From assembly GCA_044222065.1 (NCBI GenBank), contig JBGAOA010000001.1:1-64000 (forward strand): a DNA stretch of 64,000 bases, written 5' to 3'. The notes under the pieces are model-generated. The model was not told where the DNA came from. It saw only the letters and a program-made list of their open reading frames with translations, and did no database searches. This stretch comes from Candidatus Eiseniibacteriota bacterium (lineage in GTDB: Bacteria > Eisenbacteria > RBG-16-71-46). Below are positions 37,246 through 46,759 of the stretch, piece by piece (within the stretch, counting starts at the first letter, position 1; the number at the start of each line of letters is the position of its first letter). Made by a program: the position numbers and the translations under genes.

Positions 37246-39462
37246 CTAGGCCGTGTGCGTCGCCGCCTGCGCCGGGACTTCGGCGGGCGCTTCGACGCGC
37301 CGACGCACCGCGGTCGTCTGCTCCTGCGCGCGCCGCACTCCGGCGAGCGCCGTGCCCAACAACGTGAGCAGCGCGCCGACCCACACGAGGTTCACGAGCG
37401 GCTTCACGCTGAAGTCGATGATCGCCGTCGGGATCGCCGCGCCGACCGAGGGCAGGAGCACCGCGATGCGCGCGTTGTCCGCATCCATGCGCGACAGCAT
37501 CAGCTTGCCGCCGCCCGGGAAGTCGGCCGGGATCGCGTGCGAGCCGTGTTCGTCGGCCGTCACCGCGGGCGACACCGTGAAACGCTCGCCGTCGCGCTCG
37601 ACGTCGATGTCGGCGTAGGCCATGAACTGCTGCGCCTCGTGGTCCATGCGGAAGCCGCGGAACGTGTAGCGCGCGCCGCCGACGTCGGTGGACTGGTTCT
37701 TCGTGAGCCACACGGGCTCGGCGTGCCCCTGCGCTTCGGTCGTGCCGACGTCCACGGGCGACACGTAGAGATCGCGCACGAGGTCGAGCGCCGGCGTGTG
37801 CATCATGCCGTCGCCGCGCGGGGACGGCATCATCTTCGGGAGCGCCGTCATGCTCCACTTGCCCTTCTCGACCTTGATCTCGAGCGCGCGCGTGTCACGG
37901 GGCAGCATCTTCGCGCCGGCATAGGTGACGCGATAGCCGAGCACGTCCTTCACCTCGCCGGCGTCGAGCTGCAGCCGCTCGGTGCGGCCGAAGCCGGTCG
38001 AGACCGCGATGCCGACCGCCATGATGGCGACGCCCGCGTGGCCGAGGTAGCCGGCGCCGTACGTCCAGCCGCGGCGGAACAGCTTCGCCGCCATCCACAC
38101 GTTGACGCCGAGCATGAGCCCGGTCGCGAACAGCAGCGCGAGCCACAGCGGATCGCGCAAGCCCGCGAAGAACGACGTCGCGAGCAGCGCGACGCCGGCG
38201 ACGAGCGCGGCCGGGAGGAACGACGTCCACGACAGTCCCTGGCGCGACGTCCAGCGCAGCGCGGGCGCGACCGCCATGAGCAGCAGGATCGCGAGCGCGA
38301 GCGGCATCGTGACGCCGTGGTAGAACTCGGGGCGCACGCTCGCGGGCTTGCCCGCGAGGCCCGTGAGCAGCGGCATCGTCGTGCCGGCCGCGACGAGCAC
38401 CGCGAGCGCGACGACCGTCATGAGGCCGAGCCACAGCGCCGACTCGCGGCTCGCGCTCACCCACTCCACCTTCTTCGGCTCGATCGCCACCCAGCGGAAG
38501 GCGAGCAGCGCGCCGCCGATGAACGTGAAGCCGAGCAGGAACGTCGTCAGCGTTGGCCCGAGGCCCGTGTCCGCGAACGAGTGCACCGAGAAGTCCGACA
38601 GCACGCCGCTGCGCGTCAGGTACGTGCCGCCGACCACCGTCAGCCAGCCGAGTGTGGCGAGCAGCAGGTTCGTGCGCGTCATCGCGCCGAGCGTGCGCTG
38701 GATCAGCAGGCCGTGCAGCATCGCGACCGCCAGCAGCCACGGAACGAGCGACGCGTTCTCGACGGGATCCCAACCCCAGTAGCCACCCCACCCCAGCACC
38801 TTGTACGCCCAGATCCCGCCGAGGACGATCCCCGTCCCGAGGCTCACCACCGCGAACAGCGACCACGGCCAGACGCGCTTGTTCCACTCGTCGTACTCGC
38901 CACGCACGAGCGCCGCGGCACCGAGCGCGAACGGCACGAGCATCGCCGCGTAGCCCACGAACAGGACCGGCGGATGCGCGACCATCCACGGGTCCTCGAG
39001 CAGCGGATTGAGTCCCGCGCCGTCCGCCGGCACGACCGGCGTCGTGACGAACGGGGACTTCGCCATGAGCAGCGCCATCATGAAGAGCTGCGAGAGCCCG
39101 ACGAACGTCATCGCCGGAGCGCTGAGGCGTCCGGGCTGAAGGAACAGGAACACGCCGACGAGCGACCCGAGCGTCGCCCACAGCAGGATGCTGCCTTCCT
39201 GCCCGGCCCACAGCGCCGCGAGCGTGAGCGCCGGAGAGAGCGCGCGCGAACTGTTGTGCGCGACGTACTCGAATTCGAAGCGATGATTGAGGAAATAGCC
39301 TGCGAGCAGTCCGAGCGCGGCGAGGAGCGACATCGAATGGAGCGCGAAGACGATGTTGCCCGCCGAAGAGCGCTCGCGACCACGGAACGTCGTGGCGTAG
39401 ATCCCGGTCGCAGCGAGCGCGAGCAGGAATGCGAATTTGAGGAGCAGGTCCCCGGTGAACAT
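37246..39462 (-). CDS. ccmF: Cytochrome c heme lyase CcmF/NrfE family
   Basis: WAGQEGSILLW, GLNPLL, HPPVLFVGY, WGGYWGWDPVENASLVPW, LTRSGVL, SVHSF, KPLVNLVW; GGAGG RBS. Confidence 0.93.
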   Translation of the reverse strand: MFTGDLLLKFAFLLALAATGIYATTFRGRERSSAGNIVFALHSMSLLAALGLLAGYFLNHRFEFEYVAHNSSRALSPALTLAALWAGQEGSILLWATLGSLVGVFLFLQPGRLSAPAMTFVGLSQLFMMALLMAKSPFVTTPVVPADGAGLNPLLEDPWMVAHPPVLFVGYAAMLVPFALGAAALVRGEYDEWNKRVWPWSLFAVVSLGTGIVLGGIWAYKVLGWGGYWGWDPVENASLVPWLLAVAMLHGLLIQRTLGAMTRTNLLLATLGWLTVVGGTYLTRSGVLSDFSVHSFADTGLGPTLTTFLLGFTFIGGALLAFRWVAIEPKKVEWVSASRESALWLGLMTVVALAVLVAAGTTMPLLTGLAGKPASVRPEFYHGVTMPLALAILLLMAVAPALRWTSRQGLSWTSFLPAALVAGVALLATSFFAGLRDPLWLALLFATGLMLGVNVWMAAKLFRRGWTYGAGYLGHAGVAIMAVGIAVSTGFGRTERLQLDAGEVKDVLGYRVTYAGAKMLPRDTRALEIKVEKGKWSMTALPKMMPSPRGDGMMHTPALDLVRDLYVSPVDVGTTEAQGHAEPVWLTKNQSTDVGGARYTFRGFRMDHEAQQFMAYADIDVERDGERFTVSPAVTADEHGSHAIPADFPGGGKLMLSRMDADNARIAVLLPSVGAAIPTAIIDFSVKPLVNLVWVGALLTLLGTALAGVRRAQEQTTAVRRRVEAPAEVPAQAATHTA

Positions 39463-39955
39463 GAGAGTGACCTCCGCGAGTGTCGGTGACAGTACGTCGC
39501 GGCCGTTCACTGCGAGATTCGTGCCCTCCAGCCGTGCACGACGCCTCGTCGCGGGCGTCGGGCGCGCGATGCCCTCGCGCCGGACGCCGTGACGCGGGGC
39601 GCACACGGACACGCCGGTCACGCGTTCGCGATCCACTAGCGCGGTGAAACGCGTGGGCTTGCGGCGCGGGCGCGCCCGGCCTCGACGCCCGCGCGCGGGC
39701 GAATGTTCGAGAGCGCAACCGCACGACGCGAGACCCGGATCTCGGATCGCAGACCGGCGAGACCCGATCACCGGCTGCACTCGACTGCGAGAGCGCCGCG
39801 CTCGGCGCGGCAGGAGCCGCTGTCAGGCTGGCAGGTCGGCCCGGGTCGGACCGTTCGCCGACCGACTGCCATTCAGGCAACTTCAAATTACGCTTCTCGT
39901 TGAGAGACAGCGGCTTCGGCCATCCCTGCGTAATCCTACGGATGTTTGTGAAGAA

Positions 39956-39970
39956 TGGCACAAGCGTTGC
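39956..39970 (+). promoter_or_regulatory. Sigma54 (RpoN) -24/-12 promoter
   Basis: TGGCAC-aagcg-TTGC, matching the TGGCAC-N5-TTGC consensus, 93 bp upstream of the NHL gene start. Confidence 0.8.
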
Positions 39971-40063
39971 CGTCTGCGTGCTCGGTGCGGTGGATGTCCG
40001 CATGCGCGCCATGGAAGGCGCGGGTTGCCACCCGATTGAGTCGACTTCCGAGGAGCACTGCAG

Positions 40064-41119
40064 GTGGTTGGTCACGAAGCTCAGATCCGCAGCGGACACA
40101 CGGTCCGCGACGCTCGAACGCCGGAAGCGGCCGCCGGGCGGGGTCGAGCGCACACCTCGAAGCTCCTCGCGCCCGCGACGCTCGTCTTCGCTCTCACGCT
40201 CGCCGCCTTCGCTCGCGAGGCTTCCGCGGCCGAGTACGGGGAGCCGGCGATCGACTCGTCGCACGTCATGGCGATGGCCCACCGCGGCCAGTCGTTCGTG
40301 CGGCCGCGGGCGATCGTCGTGGACGCCGCCCACCAGGAGATCGCGGTCGCGAACACGGGCCTCGGGCGCATCGAGTACTTCGACTTCCGCACCTGGCCGC
40401 GCGGCTACTTCACTCACGTCGTCCCCGACCCGAACGGTCGCGGGCGGGCGGGCGAGCCGTTCGCGCTCGCGCTCGATGGGCAGGACCGGCTCTTCATCTC
40501 CGACCTCTACGTGTCCTACGTGGACGTCGTGGACTTCCGCGGGCGCTCGCTCGCGCACCTGACGCTGCCCGCGCCGGACGACAGCGCCTCGGGCGAGACG
40601 GGACCGGGAGCGCTCGCGATCGCGCCCGATGGCCGGATCCTCGTCGCCTCGCGCGGCAAGCACGGGCGCATCCACGTCTTCGACTCCGAACTGCGGCACG
40701 TGAAGACGTTCGGAACCGCCGGCAAGGACCCGGGCGAGCTCTCGGTCATCACGTCGCTCGCCGTGGATGCGGGTGGACGGACGTACGTCGCGTGCGGCGC
40801 GACGCAATTCGCCGTGCAGATCTTCGACGCCGACGGCCGCTACCTCTCGGGCTTCGGCGTCCACGAAATCGGCCCGGGCAACTTCTCGTTCCCCTCGGCG
40901 GTGACGCTGACGGCAGACGGGAGGGTCTGGGTCGCTGATGCCATAAGACAGCTCGTTCAGGTCTTCGACCCGAATGGGAAGTACCTCGGGGCAGTGGGTG
41001 GAAGCGGGAACAAGCCTGGCGAGTTCACCGAGCCAAGCGCTCTGGCCGGCGATGGACACGGCATCCTGGCGCTGACCGAAAAATCGGGCGGTCGGTTCCA
41101 GGTGATGTGGACGCGCTAG
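40064..41119 (+). CDS. Exported NHL-repeat beta-propeller protein
   Basis: Repeats P-x2-(I/L/V)-(A/V)-x-D...(I/V)-x-V-(A/S)-D...VQ(I/V)FD; FGxxGxxPG spacers; hydrophobic signal segment. Start codon uncertain. Confidence 0.85.
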   Translation: MVGHEAQIRSGHTVRDARTPEAAAGRGRAHTSKLLAPATLVFALTLAAFAREASAAEYGEPAIDSSHVMAMAHRGQSFVRPRAIVVDAAHQEIAVANTGLGRIEYFDFRTWPRGYFTHVVPDPNGRGRAGEPFALALDGQDRLFISDLYVSYVDVVDFRGRSLAHLTLPAPDDSASGETGPGALAIAPDGRILVASRGKHGRIHVFDSELRHVKTFGTAGKDPGELSVITSLAVDAGGRTYVACGATQFAVQIFDADGRYLSGFGVHEIGPGNFSFPSAVTLTADGRVWVADAIRQLVQVFDPNGKYLGAVGGSGNKPGEFTEPSALAGDGHGILALTEKSGGRFQVMWTR

Positions 41120-41238
41120 CGGAGATCTCCGTCCGACGGGACGGCACCTGGGAGGTGATAAAGACCCCATCCGCAGTACCTGACTACATCGGGCCCGATT
41201 CACTCATACACGCTTCAATCTTCTAGAGGAGTTTCCCA

Positions 41239-42279
41239 ATGAGACGCCTGATCGTTCTCCTGACCGTCGTGCTGACGATGGGTGTGGGGGCGTCTGCTCT
41301 GGCGGGAGATTTCCACGTCGGTACGAACCTGGTCTGCAGTGACTGCCACATCGCGCACTACAGCCAGACTCACAGCTACTCCGGCAGTGGAACCGTGTTC
41401 CCGCCTCTCGGCGCCGGCGGTCCGTTCACCAACCTGCTCCGTGACGAAGAGGTGAAGATGTGCCTCGCCTGCCACGACGGGCAGTCGTGGGCGCCGGACG
41501 TCTTCGGTGCCAGCGCGACCAACAACCGTCGTCTCGCGGGTGGTCTGAACGCCGCCGCGGGGCACGGACTCACCAATGACGCCGGTTACGACGAGATCGA
41601 CGGCCACACGATGTTCTCGACGGCGATGCCTCCGGGCGGCACCGGAACCGCGTACGTTCCGGGCGGCGAGGGGCTCATCTGCACGAACTGCCACGCTCAG
41701 CACGGTTCGGCCTCGCAGTACCGCAACCTGCTCAACCGCGGGATCTTCGCGGGTGACACGCTGAACTACGCGATCGGCACGAACGACCTGACGAAGGCCG
41801 TGTTCGAGCGCAGCGCGGCTTCGTACGTCGAGACGGACGTCGACTTCAACGAGCCGAATCCGACGAACAGTCACTACGGCGCCTGGTGCCAGAACTGCCA
41901 CGTGGACTTCCACGGCTCCGGCGGCGCGGCGAACATGGGTGGCCAGTCGGGCGGCGTCACCGCGGCCAACACCAACCCGTGGAAGCGTCACCCCGTCGCG
42001 GACGTCAACATCGGCACGCCGGGCGCGACGTTCATCAGCAGTCTCGCGCGCTTCAATGGCCTCACGAATCGCGTGAAGGTGATGGACTCGCAGGGTCTGT
42101 GGAACGGCACGACCGCAGACAACACCGTCACTCCGTCCTGCATGAGCTGCCACAAGGCTCACGGCAACAAGAACACGTTCGGTCTGATCTTCATGATCGG
42201 TAGCGGAACGCCGACGGAAGACGGCGACGGTGGTGTGTACAAGGACCTGTGCCGTCAGTGCCACGTGCAGGGCGCGTAG
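41239..42279 (+). CDS. OmcS-like hexaheme c-type cytochrome (candidate nanowire subunit)
   Basis: Signal peptide; six CxxCH (CSDCH, CLACH, CTNCH, CQNCH, CMSCH, CRQCH); FH-x6-CxxCH-x2-H, GH...PGG...L-x-CxxCHxxHG...YR, WCxNCHxDxH...RHP, CxSCHxAH and C-terminal LCxxCH, in the order I recall for Geobacter OmcS. Confidence 0.85.
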   Translation: MRRLIVLLTVVLTMGVGASALAGDFHVGTNLVCSDCHIAHYSQTHSYSGSGTVFPPLGAGGPFTNLLRDEEVKMCLACHDGQSWAPDVFGASATNNRRLAGGLNAAAGHGLTNDAGYDEIDGHTMFSTAMPPGGTGTAYVPGGEGLICTNCHAQHGSASQYRNLLNRGIFAGDTLNYAIGTNDLTKAVFERSAASYVETDVDFNEPNPTNSHYGAWCQNCHVDFHGSGGAANMGGQSGGVTAANTNPWKRHPVADVNIGTPGATFISSLARFNGLTNRVKVMDSQGLWNGTTADNTVTPSCMSCHKAHGNKNTFGLIFMIGSGTPTEDGDGGVYKDLCRQCHVQGA

Positions 42280-42336
42280 CTCGCGCACCGGCTTCGTGAG
42301 CTGATCGGTTTCGAGAAGTCGAAGCACGTCACCGAA

Positions 42337-42362
42337 GGGTGCGGGTCATTCGATCCGCACCC
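42337..42362 (+). other. GC-rich stem-loop downstream of the OmcS-like gene (mRNA stabiliser or partial terminator)
   Basis: gggtgcgggtc-attc-gatccgcaccc, no U-tract. Confidence 0.5.
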
Positions 42363-42389
42363 GACGGTGCCGAAGGGGCGGAGGGGAGC

Positions 42390-43835
42390 ATGAACGAGCG
42401 CAGACAGCCGGGCCGCGACCGGCCGGGTCCGAACGCGCCCGTGATGCGGCTCGCCGCCTTCGCGCTGCTCGGTGGCGCCGTGATCCTGCTGTGCGCCGCC
42501 GCCCCGAAGTTCCGCGCGCCGCGCTCGGCGAAGGCGATCCAGGAACTGATGGCCGACGGACCGCACGCCGCCGATTGCGACCCCTGCCACTCCGCGCACG
42601 GCGAGGGCGCGACGCCGCAGGAGAACCTGCTGCTCGGCCCGAACGACAACAACCTGTGCCTCGACTGCCACACGGACCCGTGGACGAACGGCAGTTTCGC
42701 GGGCGCGCCGCTCTACGCCGGTTCGGCGCACGGCGCGGGCACGAACAACACGTGGCCCGGCCCGGATCCGCCCGCGCGGCTCGAGCCCGGCGCCGGCGGC
42801 AAGTGCGTCAACTGCCACGACCCGCACGGCTGGACCGACACGAACGGCCGCATCCCGCTGCTCGCGCTCCAGCGCGAAGAGAAGCTGTGCCTCACCTGCC
42901 ACGACGGTGCGCCGGCGACGACGCAGGTGATGGCGGACTTGCTCAAGCCCTTCCGGCACCCGACCACGGACTTCACCGGACGCCACACGGGACCGGGCGA
43001 GATCGCGCCGACCGACTACGGTCGCTCGCCGCTGAACCGGCGCCACGCCGAGTGCGAGGACTGTCACAACCCGCACGTCTCGCGCGCCGACGCGCCGGGC
43101 GGCCCGTCCGGCAGCGACGCGTCGCTCACGACGCTCGGCACGAGCCGCGTGATTCCGCTCAACGGCATCTCGGGGAGCGTGCCGCTCTACACGTTCGTGC
43201 CGGCCTCCGACACGCTCACGGGACCGGTCACGGAGTACCAGTTGTGCTTCAAGTGCCACAGCTCGTGGACCACGCAGCCCTCGGGACAGACCGACTTCGG
43301 GCGCGTGCTCAATCCCGCGAATCCCTCGTTCCACCCGGTCGAAGACCTCGGCAGGAATCCCGGCATCGCACCCGGCGCGTTCACGAGCGGCTGGTCGGCG
43401 GCCTCGCTCACGCGCTGCGGCGACTGCCACGGCTCCGACTTCGGCCTCACGAGCGGCCCGCACGGTTCGATCTACCCGGGCCTGCTCAAGGCGCCCTACG
43501 ACCCGTCGCCGCTCGAGCGCTCGATGGGCTCGGACGAACTGTGCTTCCGCTGCCACAGTCACGAGGTGTACGCGGACCACAACGCGCCGTCGTCGGTCCT
43601 CGAGGCGTCGCGATTCAATCCGCCCCGCGGCGAGGAGGGCCACGCGGAACACGTCGGCAAGGAGCAGATCCCGTGCGGCGCGTGCCACGCGACGCACGGC
43701 TCGACCACGCTGCCGTTCCTGCTCGTGACCGGGCGCAACCCCGGCATCAACTCGTACACGCGCACCGCGTCGGGGGGCACCTGCGCTCCGACCTGCCACG
43801 ACTCCGAGTCGTACACGGTGAACTATGCGCGCTGA
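42390..43835 (+). CDS. Multiheme c-type cytochrome (9 CxxCH + 1 CxxxCH)
   Basis: CDPCH, CLDCH, CVNCH, CLTCH, CEDCH, CFKCH, CGDCH, CFRCH, CGACH and CAPTCH; N-terminal hydrophobic segment. Confidence 0.9.
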   Translation: MNERRQPGRDRPGPNAPVMRLAAFALLGGAVILLCAAAPKFRAPRSAKAIQELMADGPHAADCDPCHSAHGEGATPQENLLLGPNDNNLCLDCHTDPWTNGSFAGAPLYAGSAHGAGTNNTWPGPDPPARLEPGAGGKCVNCHDPHGWTDTNGRIPLLALQREEKLCLTCHDGAPATTQVMADLLKPFRHPTTDFTGRHTGPGEIAPTDYGRSPLNRRHAECEDCHNPHVSRADAPGGPSGSDASLTTLGTSRVIPLNGISGSVPLYTFVPASDTLTGPVTEYQLCFKCHSSWTTQPSGQTDFGRVLNPANPSFHPVEDLGRNPGIAPGAFTSGWSAASLTRCGDCHGSDFGLTSGPHGSIYPGLLKAPYDPSPLERSMGSDELCFRCHSHEVYADHNAPSSVLEASRFNPPRGEEGHAEHVGKEQIPCGACHATHGSTTLPFLLVTGRNPGINSYTRTASGGTCAPTCHDSESYTVNYAR

Positions 43836-45537
43836 GGTCCGCGCCCGCGCGCTGCGGATCGCGGCGCTCGCGTTCACGGCGCTCGCCGCGTTCGCTCACG
43901 ACGTCCGCGCGCAGTACGTGACGGGCTACCTCAAGGGCCAGTTCCAGGTGTTCGAGGACCAGGCGCTCGTTCCGAACGGCGACGGCACGTTCCGCACCGA
44001 CTGGAAGCGCACGGAGCGCTGGACGCAGACGATCGAACTGCAGCACGTCGCGCAGCCCCGTTCCGACCTGCGCGTGATGTCGAACTTCCGCTACACCGAT
44101 CTCTCGTACTCGAAGCTGCCCGACGCGAGCCGCTCGCCGCAGGGGAGCGTCCAGGTGACGCACCCGTGGGCGAGCCTGTTCGCCGCGTATCGGCCGTCCA
44201 CGGTGACGGGCGGCCTCGGCGCCACGGGCGTGAGCGCGGGCGACTCCGCGCGCGCCGGCGCGATCACGGCGCGATCGCAGGAGACGATGCTGCTCGGGCA
44301 GATCGCGCCTCCGAACCTGCCGCGGCTCGACGTCTCGTGGAACCGCCGCCATCGGAACGCCGACGTGCTCTCGCCCGAGGAGGCGGGCGTCAACCGCAAC
44401 GCGCGCCTGTCGTGGACGCGCGGCGCGCTGTCGAGCTACGCCTCGCTCGGCGACCAGTCGATCGACCACCCGGCCCAGAACACGCGCGGGACGACGCAGC
44501 GCACGGGCGGCGCGGGTGCGGCGCTCCACCTCACGCCGACGCGGCAGACCGCGATGGACCTGCAGTACGACTTCGCCGACGCTCGCAGCGGGAACGCGAC
44601 GCTCACCGCCGGCTCGTCGCGCTCCCACAACGCTTCGTTCAACGGCACGCTGCAGCAGCGCGCCGACATGGCCTGGAACGCGAACTGGATGTTCCGCCGC
44701 TCGCAGGCGCGCGGTCCGCGCACCACGACGCTCGACGACCACGAGGCCGCGCTCAACTGGTCGTTCGATCCGCGCGGCCCGCTGCGCCTGCTCGCCGCCG
44801 GCGGCACCCGCACCGCGCGCACCGTCGCGGGCAGCGGGCTCTCGGAGTACGCCTCGGCCGTCGCGTCGCTCGACGGCGACGTGCGCCCGGGCTGGCGCGG
44901 CACCGCGACCGCCTCGCACGTCACGAACTGGGATCCCGGTCACGGCACCTACTCCGTGGACGCGGGCCGCATCGGCTCGCGTCTGCGGCTCGCGCGCGGC
45001 CTCGAAGCGAACGTGGACGCGTCGGTGACCGCGAACGGCGACACCGGCGTGCGCGACTCGCGCGTCGTGAGCGACGCCTCCGGGCGGCTGCGCGCGACGC
45101 CGCTGCGCAGCCTCAACGTCGGGCTGTCGGCCCGCATCTATCGTTCGGGCCCGACGCTCGCCGACGGAAACTCGCGCGCGCGCTCGATCCTGTGGGACGT
45201 GCGGTGGCGGGTCGTGCCGACGCTCGAGCTGACCGGTTCGAGCTCGATCACCGGCGTGCTGCCGAACGACCGGCCGCGCAACACGACGCGGCTCGCCGGC
45301 GCGCGCTGGAATCCGTTCGCGCGCGTGCAGCTCGCGGCCGACTGGTCGAAGAGCGACCAGTCGCGCACCGACAGCAGCGCGCAGCCGGTGAGCGGGCGCG
45401 AGATCGCATCCGCGCACCTGCTCGCGTTACTCTCCCGCTCGCTCCAACTCGATGCGTCGGGGAGCATCGCGGATCGCGGCACCGCGCGCGAAAATCGTCA
45501 GATGAACGTTTCGTTGACCTGGGCCCTCGGGAGATGA
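43825..45537 (+). CDS. Putative outer-membrane beta-barrel protein
   Basis: Signal peptide, alternating amphipathic beta-strands throughout, C-terminal VSLTW strand, no cysteine. Confidence 0.75.
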   Translation: MRAEVRARALRIAALAFTALAAFAHDVRAQYVTGYLKGQFQVFEDQALVPNGDGTFRTDWKRTERWTQTIELQHVAQPRSDLRVMSNFRYTDLSYSKLPDASRSPQGSVQVTHPWASLFAAYRPSTVTGGLGATGVSAGDSARAGAITARSQETMLLGQIAPPNLPRLDVSWNRRHRNADVLSPEEAGVNRNARLSWTRGALSSYASLGDQSIDHPAQNTRGTTQRTGGAGAALHLTPTRQTAMDLQYDFADARSGNATLTAGSSRSHNASFNGTLQQRADMAWNANWMFRRSQARGPRTTTLDDHEAALNWSFDPRGPLRLLAAGGTRTARTVAGSGLSEYASAVASLDGDVRPGWRGTATASHVTNWDPGHGTYSVDAGRIGSRLRLARGLEANVDASVTANGDTGVRDSRVVSDASGRLRATPLRSLNVGLSARIYRSGPTLADGNSRARSILWDVRWRVVPTLELTGSSSITGVLPNDRPRNTTRLAGARWNPFARVQLAADWSKSDQSRTDSSAQPVSGREIASAHLLALLSRSLQLDASGSIADRGTARENRQMNVSLTWALGR

Positions 45538-46136
45538 CCATGTCCGCAGCGCTGCTCCGACTCGCGCGACTCGGCGGCGCGACGCTCGCGCTCGCGACGC
45601 TTGCCTCGTGCGGGGCGTCCCCGCGGCTGTTCGTGAACAAGCAGGCCGATCTCGGTTACTACAAGAAGATCGCGGTAGTCCCGTTCGCGAACCTCGCGCA
45701 GGAGCCGAACGCGGGCGAGCGAGTGACGCGGGCGTTCATGACCGAACTCGTGATCGCCGAGCGCTTCCAGGTCGTGGAGCCCGGGGAGTTCTACGAGCGG
45801 CTCGACCGCATCGGCGGCGTGCCCGACGCGCAGGGGCACGCCGATCCGCAGAAGCTCGTCGACGCCGCGACGGCCGCGCAGGCGAATGCGATCATCCGCG
45901 GCGCCGTGACCGAGTACTCGCTCCAGCGCAACGGCTCCGACGAGTTCCCGCTCGTGACGTTCGAAGCCGAGATGCTCGACGTCGCCACGAAGCAGACGGT
46001 CTGGCGCATCACCGTGACCGAGAAGGGCAAGGGCCGCGTGCCGCTCGTCGGCGGCATGGGCGAGCGCAGCTTCGGCGCCGTCACGCAGCAGGCGTGCAAG
46101 CGCGCGGTCGCGGTCCTGAGGCGGGAGGCGTTTTGA
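45534..46136 (+). CDS. Lipoprotein, CsgG/HfaB/GNA1162-like fold
   Basis: Lipobox LASC; KIAVVPFANL, FQVVEPGE, IIRGAVTEY, MLDVATKQTVW. Confidence 0.75.
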   Translation: MTMSAALLRLARLGGATLALATLASCGASPRLFVNKQADLGYYKKIAVVPFANLAQEPNAGERVTRAFMTELVIAERFQVVEPGEFYERLDRIGGVPDAQGHADPQKLVDAATAAQANAIIRGAVTEYSLQRNGSDEFPLVTFEAEMLDVATKQTVWRITVTEKGKGRVPLVGGMGERSFGAVTQQACKRAVAVLRREAF

Positions 46137-46759
46137 GTCCCCGCGCCCCGATCCGGCCCGTGCGCGGCGCCGCGCTCGCGCTCGGCGCCGCGCTCCTGCT
46201 CGGCGGCTGCGCCGCGAGCGTCCCGCCGCCGATGCCCGTCGGCGCGCTCGCGAACCTGCCGCGCGTCGCGATGATGCCGCTCGAGAACCTGTCGGGACGC
46301 CCCGAGGCGACCGAGCCCGTGACGCGGATCTTCCTCGGCGCCCTCGGCGAGACGCGGCAGTGCCAGACGATCGAGCCCGGCGACGTCGAGGGCGTGTTCA
46401 CCGTGCTGCGCATCCGCGACGCGACCGGACTGACCTCGGACCGGGTGCCCGAGGTTGCATCCCGGCTCGGGGCGCGCTATCTCCTCGCCGGCACGCTGCT
46501 CGAGTACGGGTCGGTGCGCTCGCCGGACGGGGACGTGCCGACCGTCGGCGTGTCGCTGCGGCTCATCGACGGGAAGAACGCGCGCGTCGTGTGGAGCGCG
46601 ATGCGCGTGCGTTCGGGAGAGGATCGCGAAACGATGTTCGGGTGGGGCCGCGTGAGGAGCGTGGATCAGCTCGCCGATCGCATCGCGCGCGAGCTGCTCC
46701 GGGATTTCCGGTTGCCGGCGGAAGGGGATTCCGCGGCAGTGGGAGGGGGAGGACGATGA
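46133..46759 (+). CDS. Lipoprotein, CsgG/HfaB/GNA1162-like fold (paralog of the upstream gene)
   Basis: Lipobox LGGC; RVAMMPLENL, IEPGDV, LLAGTLLEY, LRLIDGKNARVVW; TTGA overlap. Confidence 0.75.
   Translation: MSPRAPIRPVRGAALALGAALLLGGCAASVPPPMPVGALANLPRVAMMPLENLSGRPEATEPVTRIFLGALGETRQCQTIEPGDVEGVFTVLRIRDATGLTSDRVPEVASRLGARYLLAGTLLEYGSVRSPDGDVPTVGVSLRLIDGKNARVVWSAMRVRSGEDRETMFGWGRVRSVDQLADRIARELLRDFRLPAEGDSAAVGGGGR

Noticed and set aside
41120..41238. Cyclic-dinucleotide (GEMM-I) riboswitch upstream of the OmcS-like gene
   Set aside because: I could not match the GEMM-I consensus by eye, so it is reported only as an unclassified structured leader.
42390..45537. Canonical MtrA/MtrB call for the decaheme and barrel
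   Set aside because: The heme spacing is much wider than in MtrA/DmsE, and the barrel is shorter with no recognisable MtrB features. The context fits an OmcS-type cluster better.
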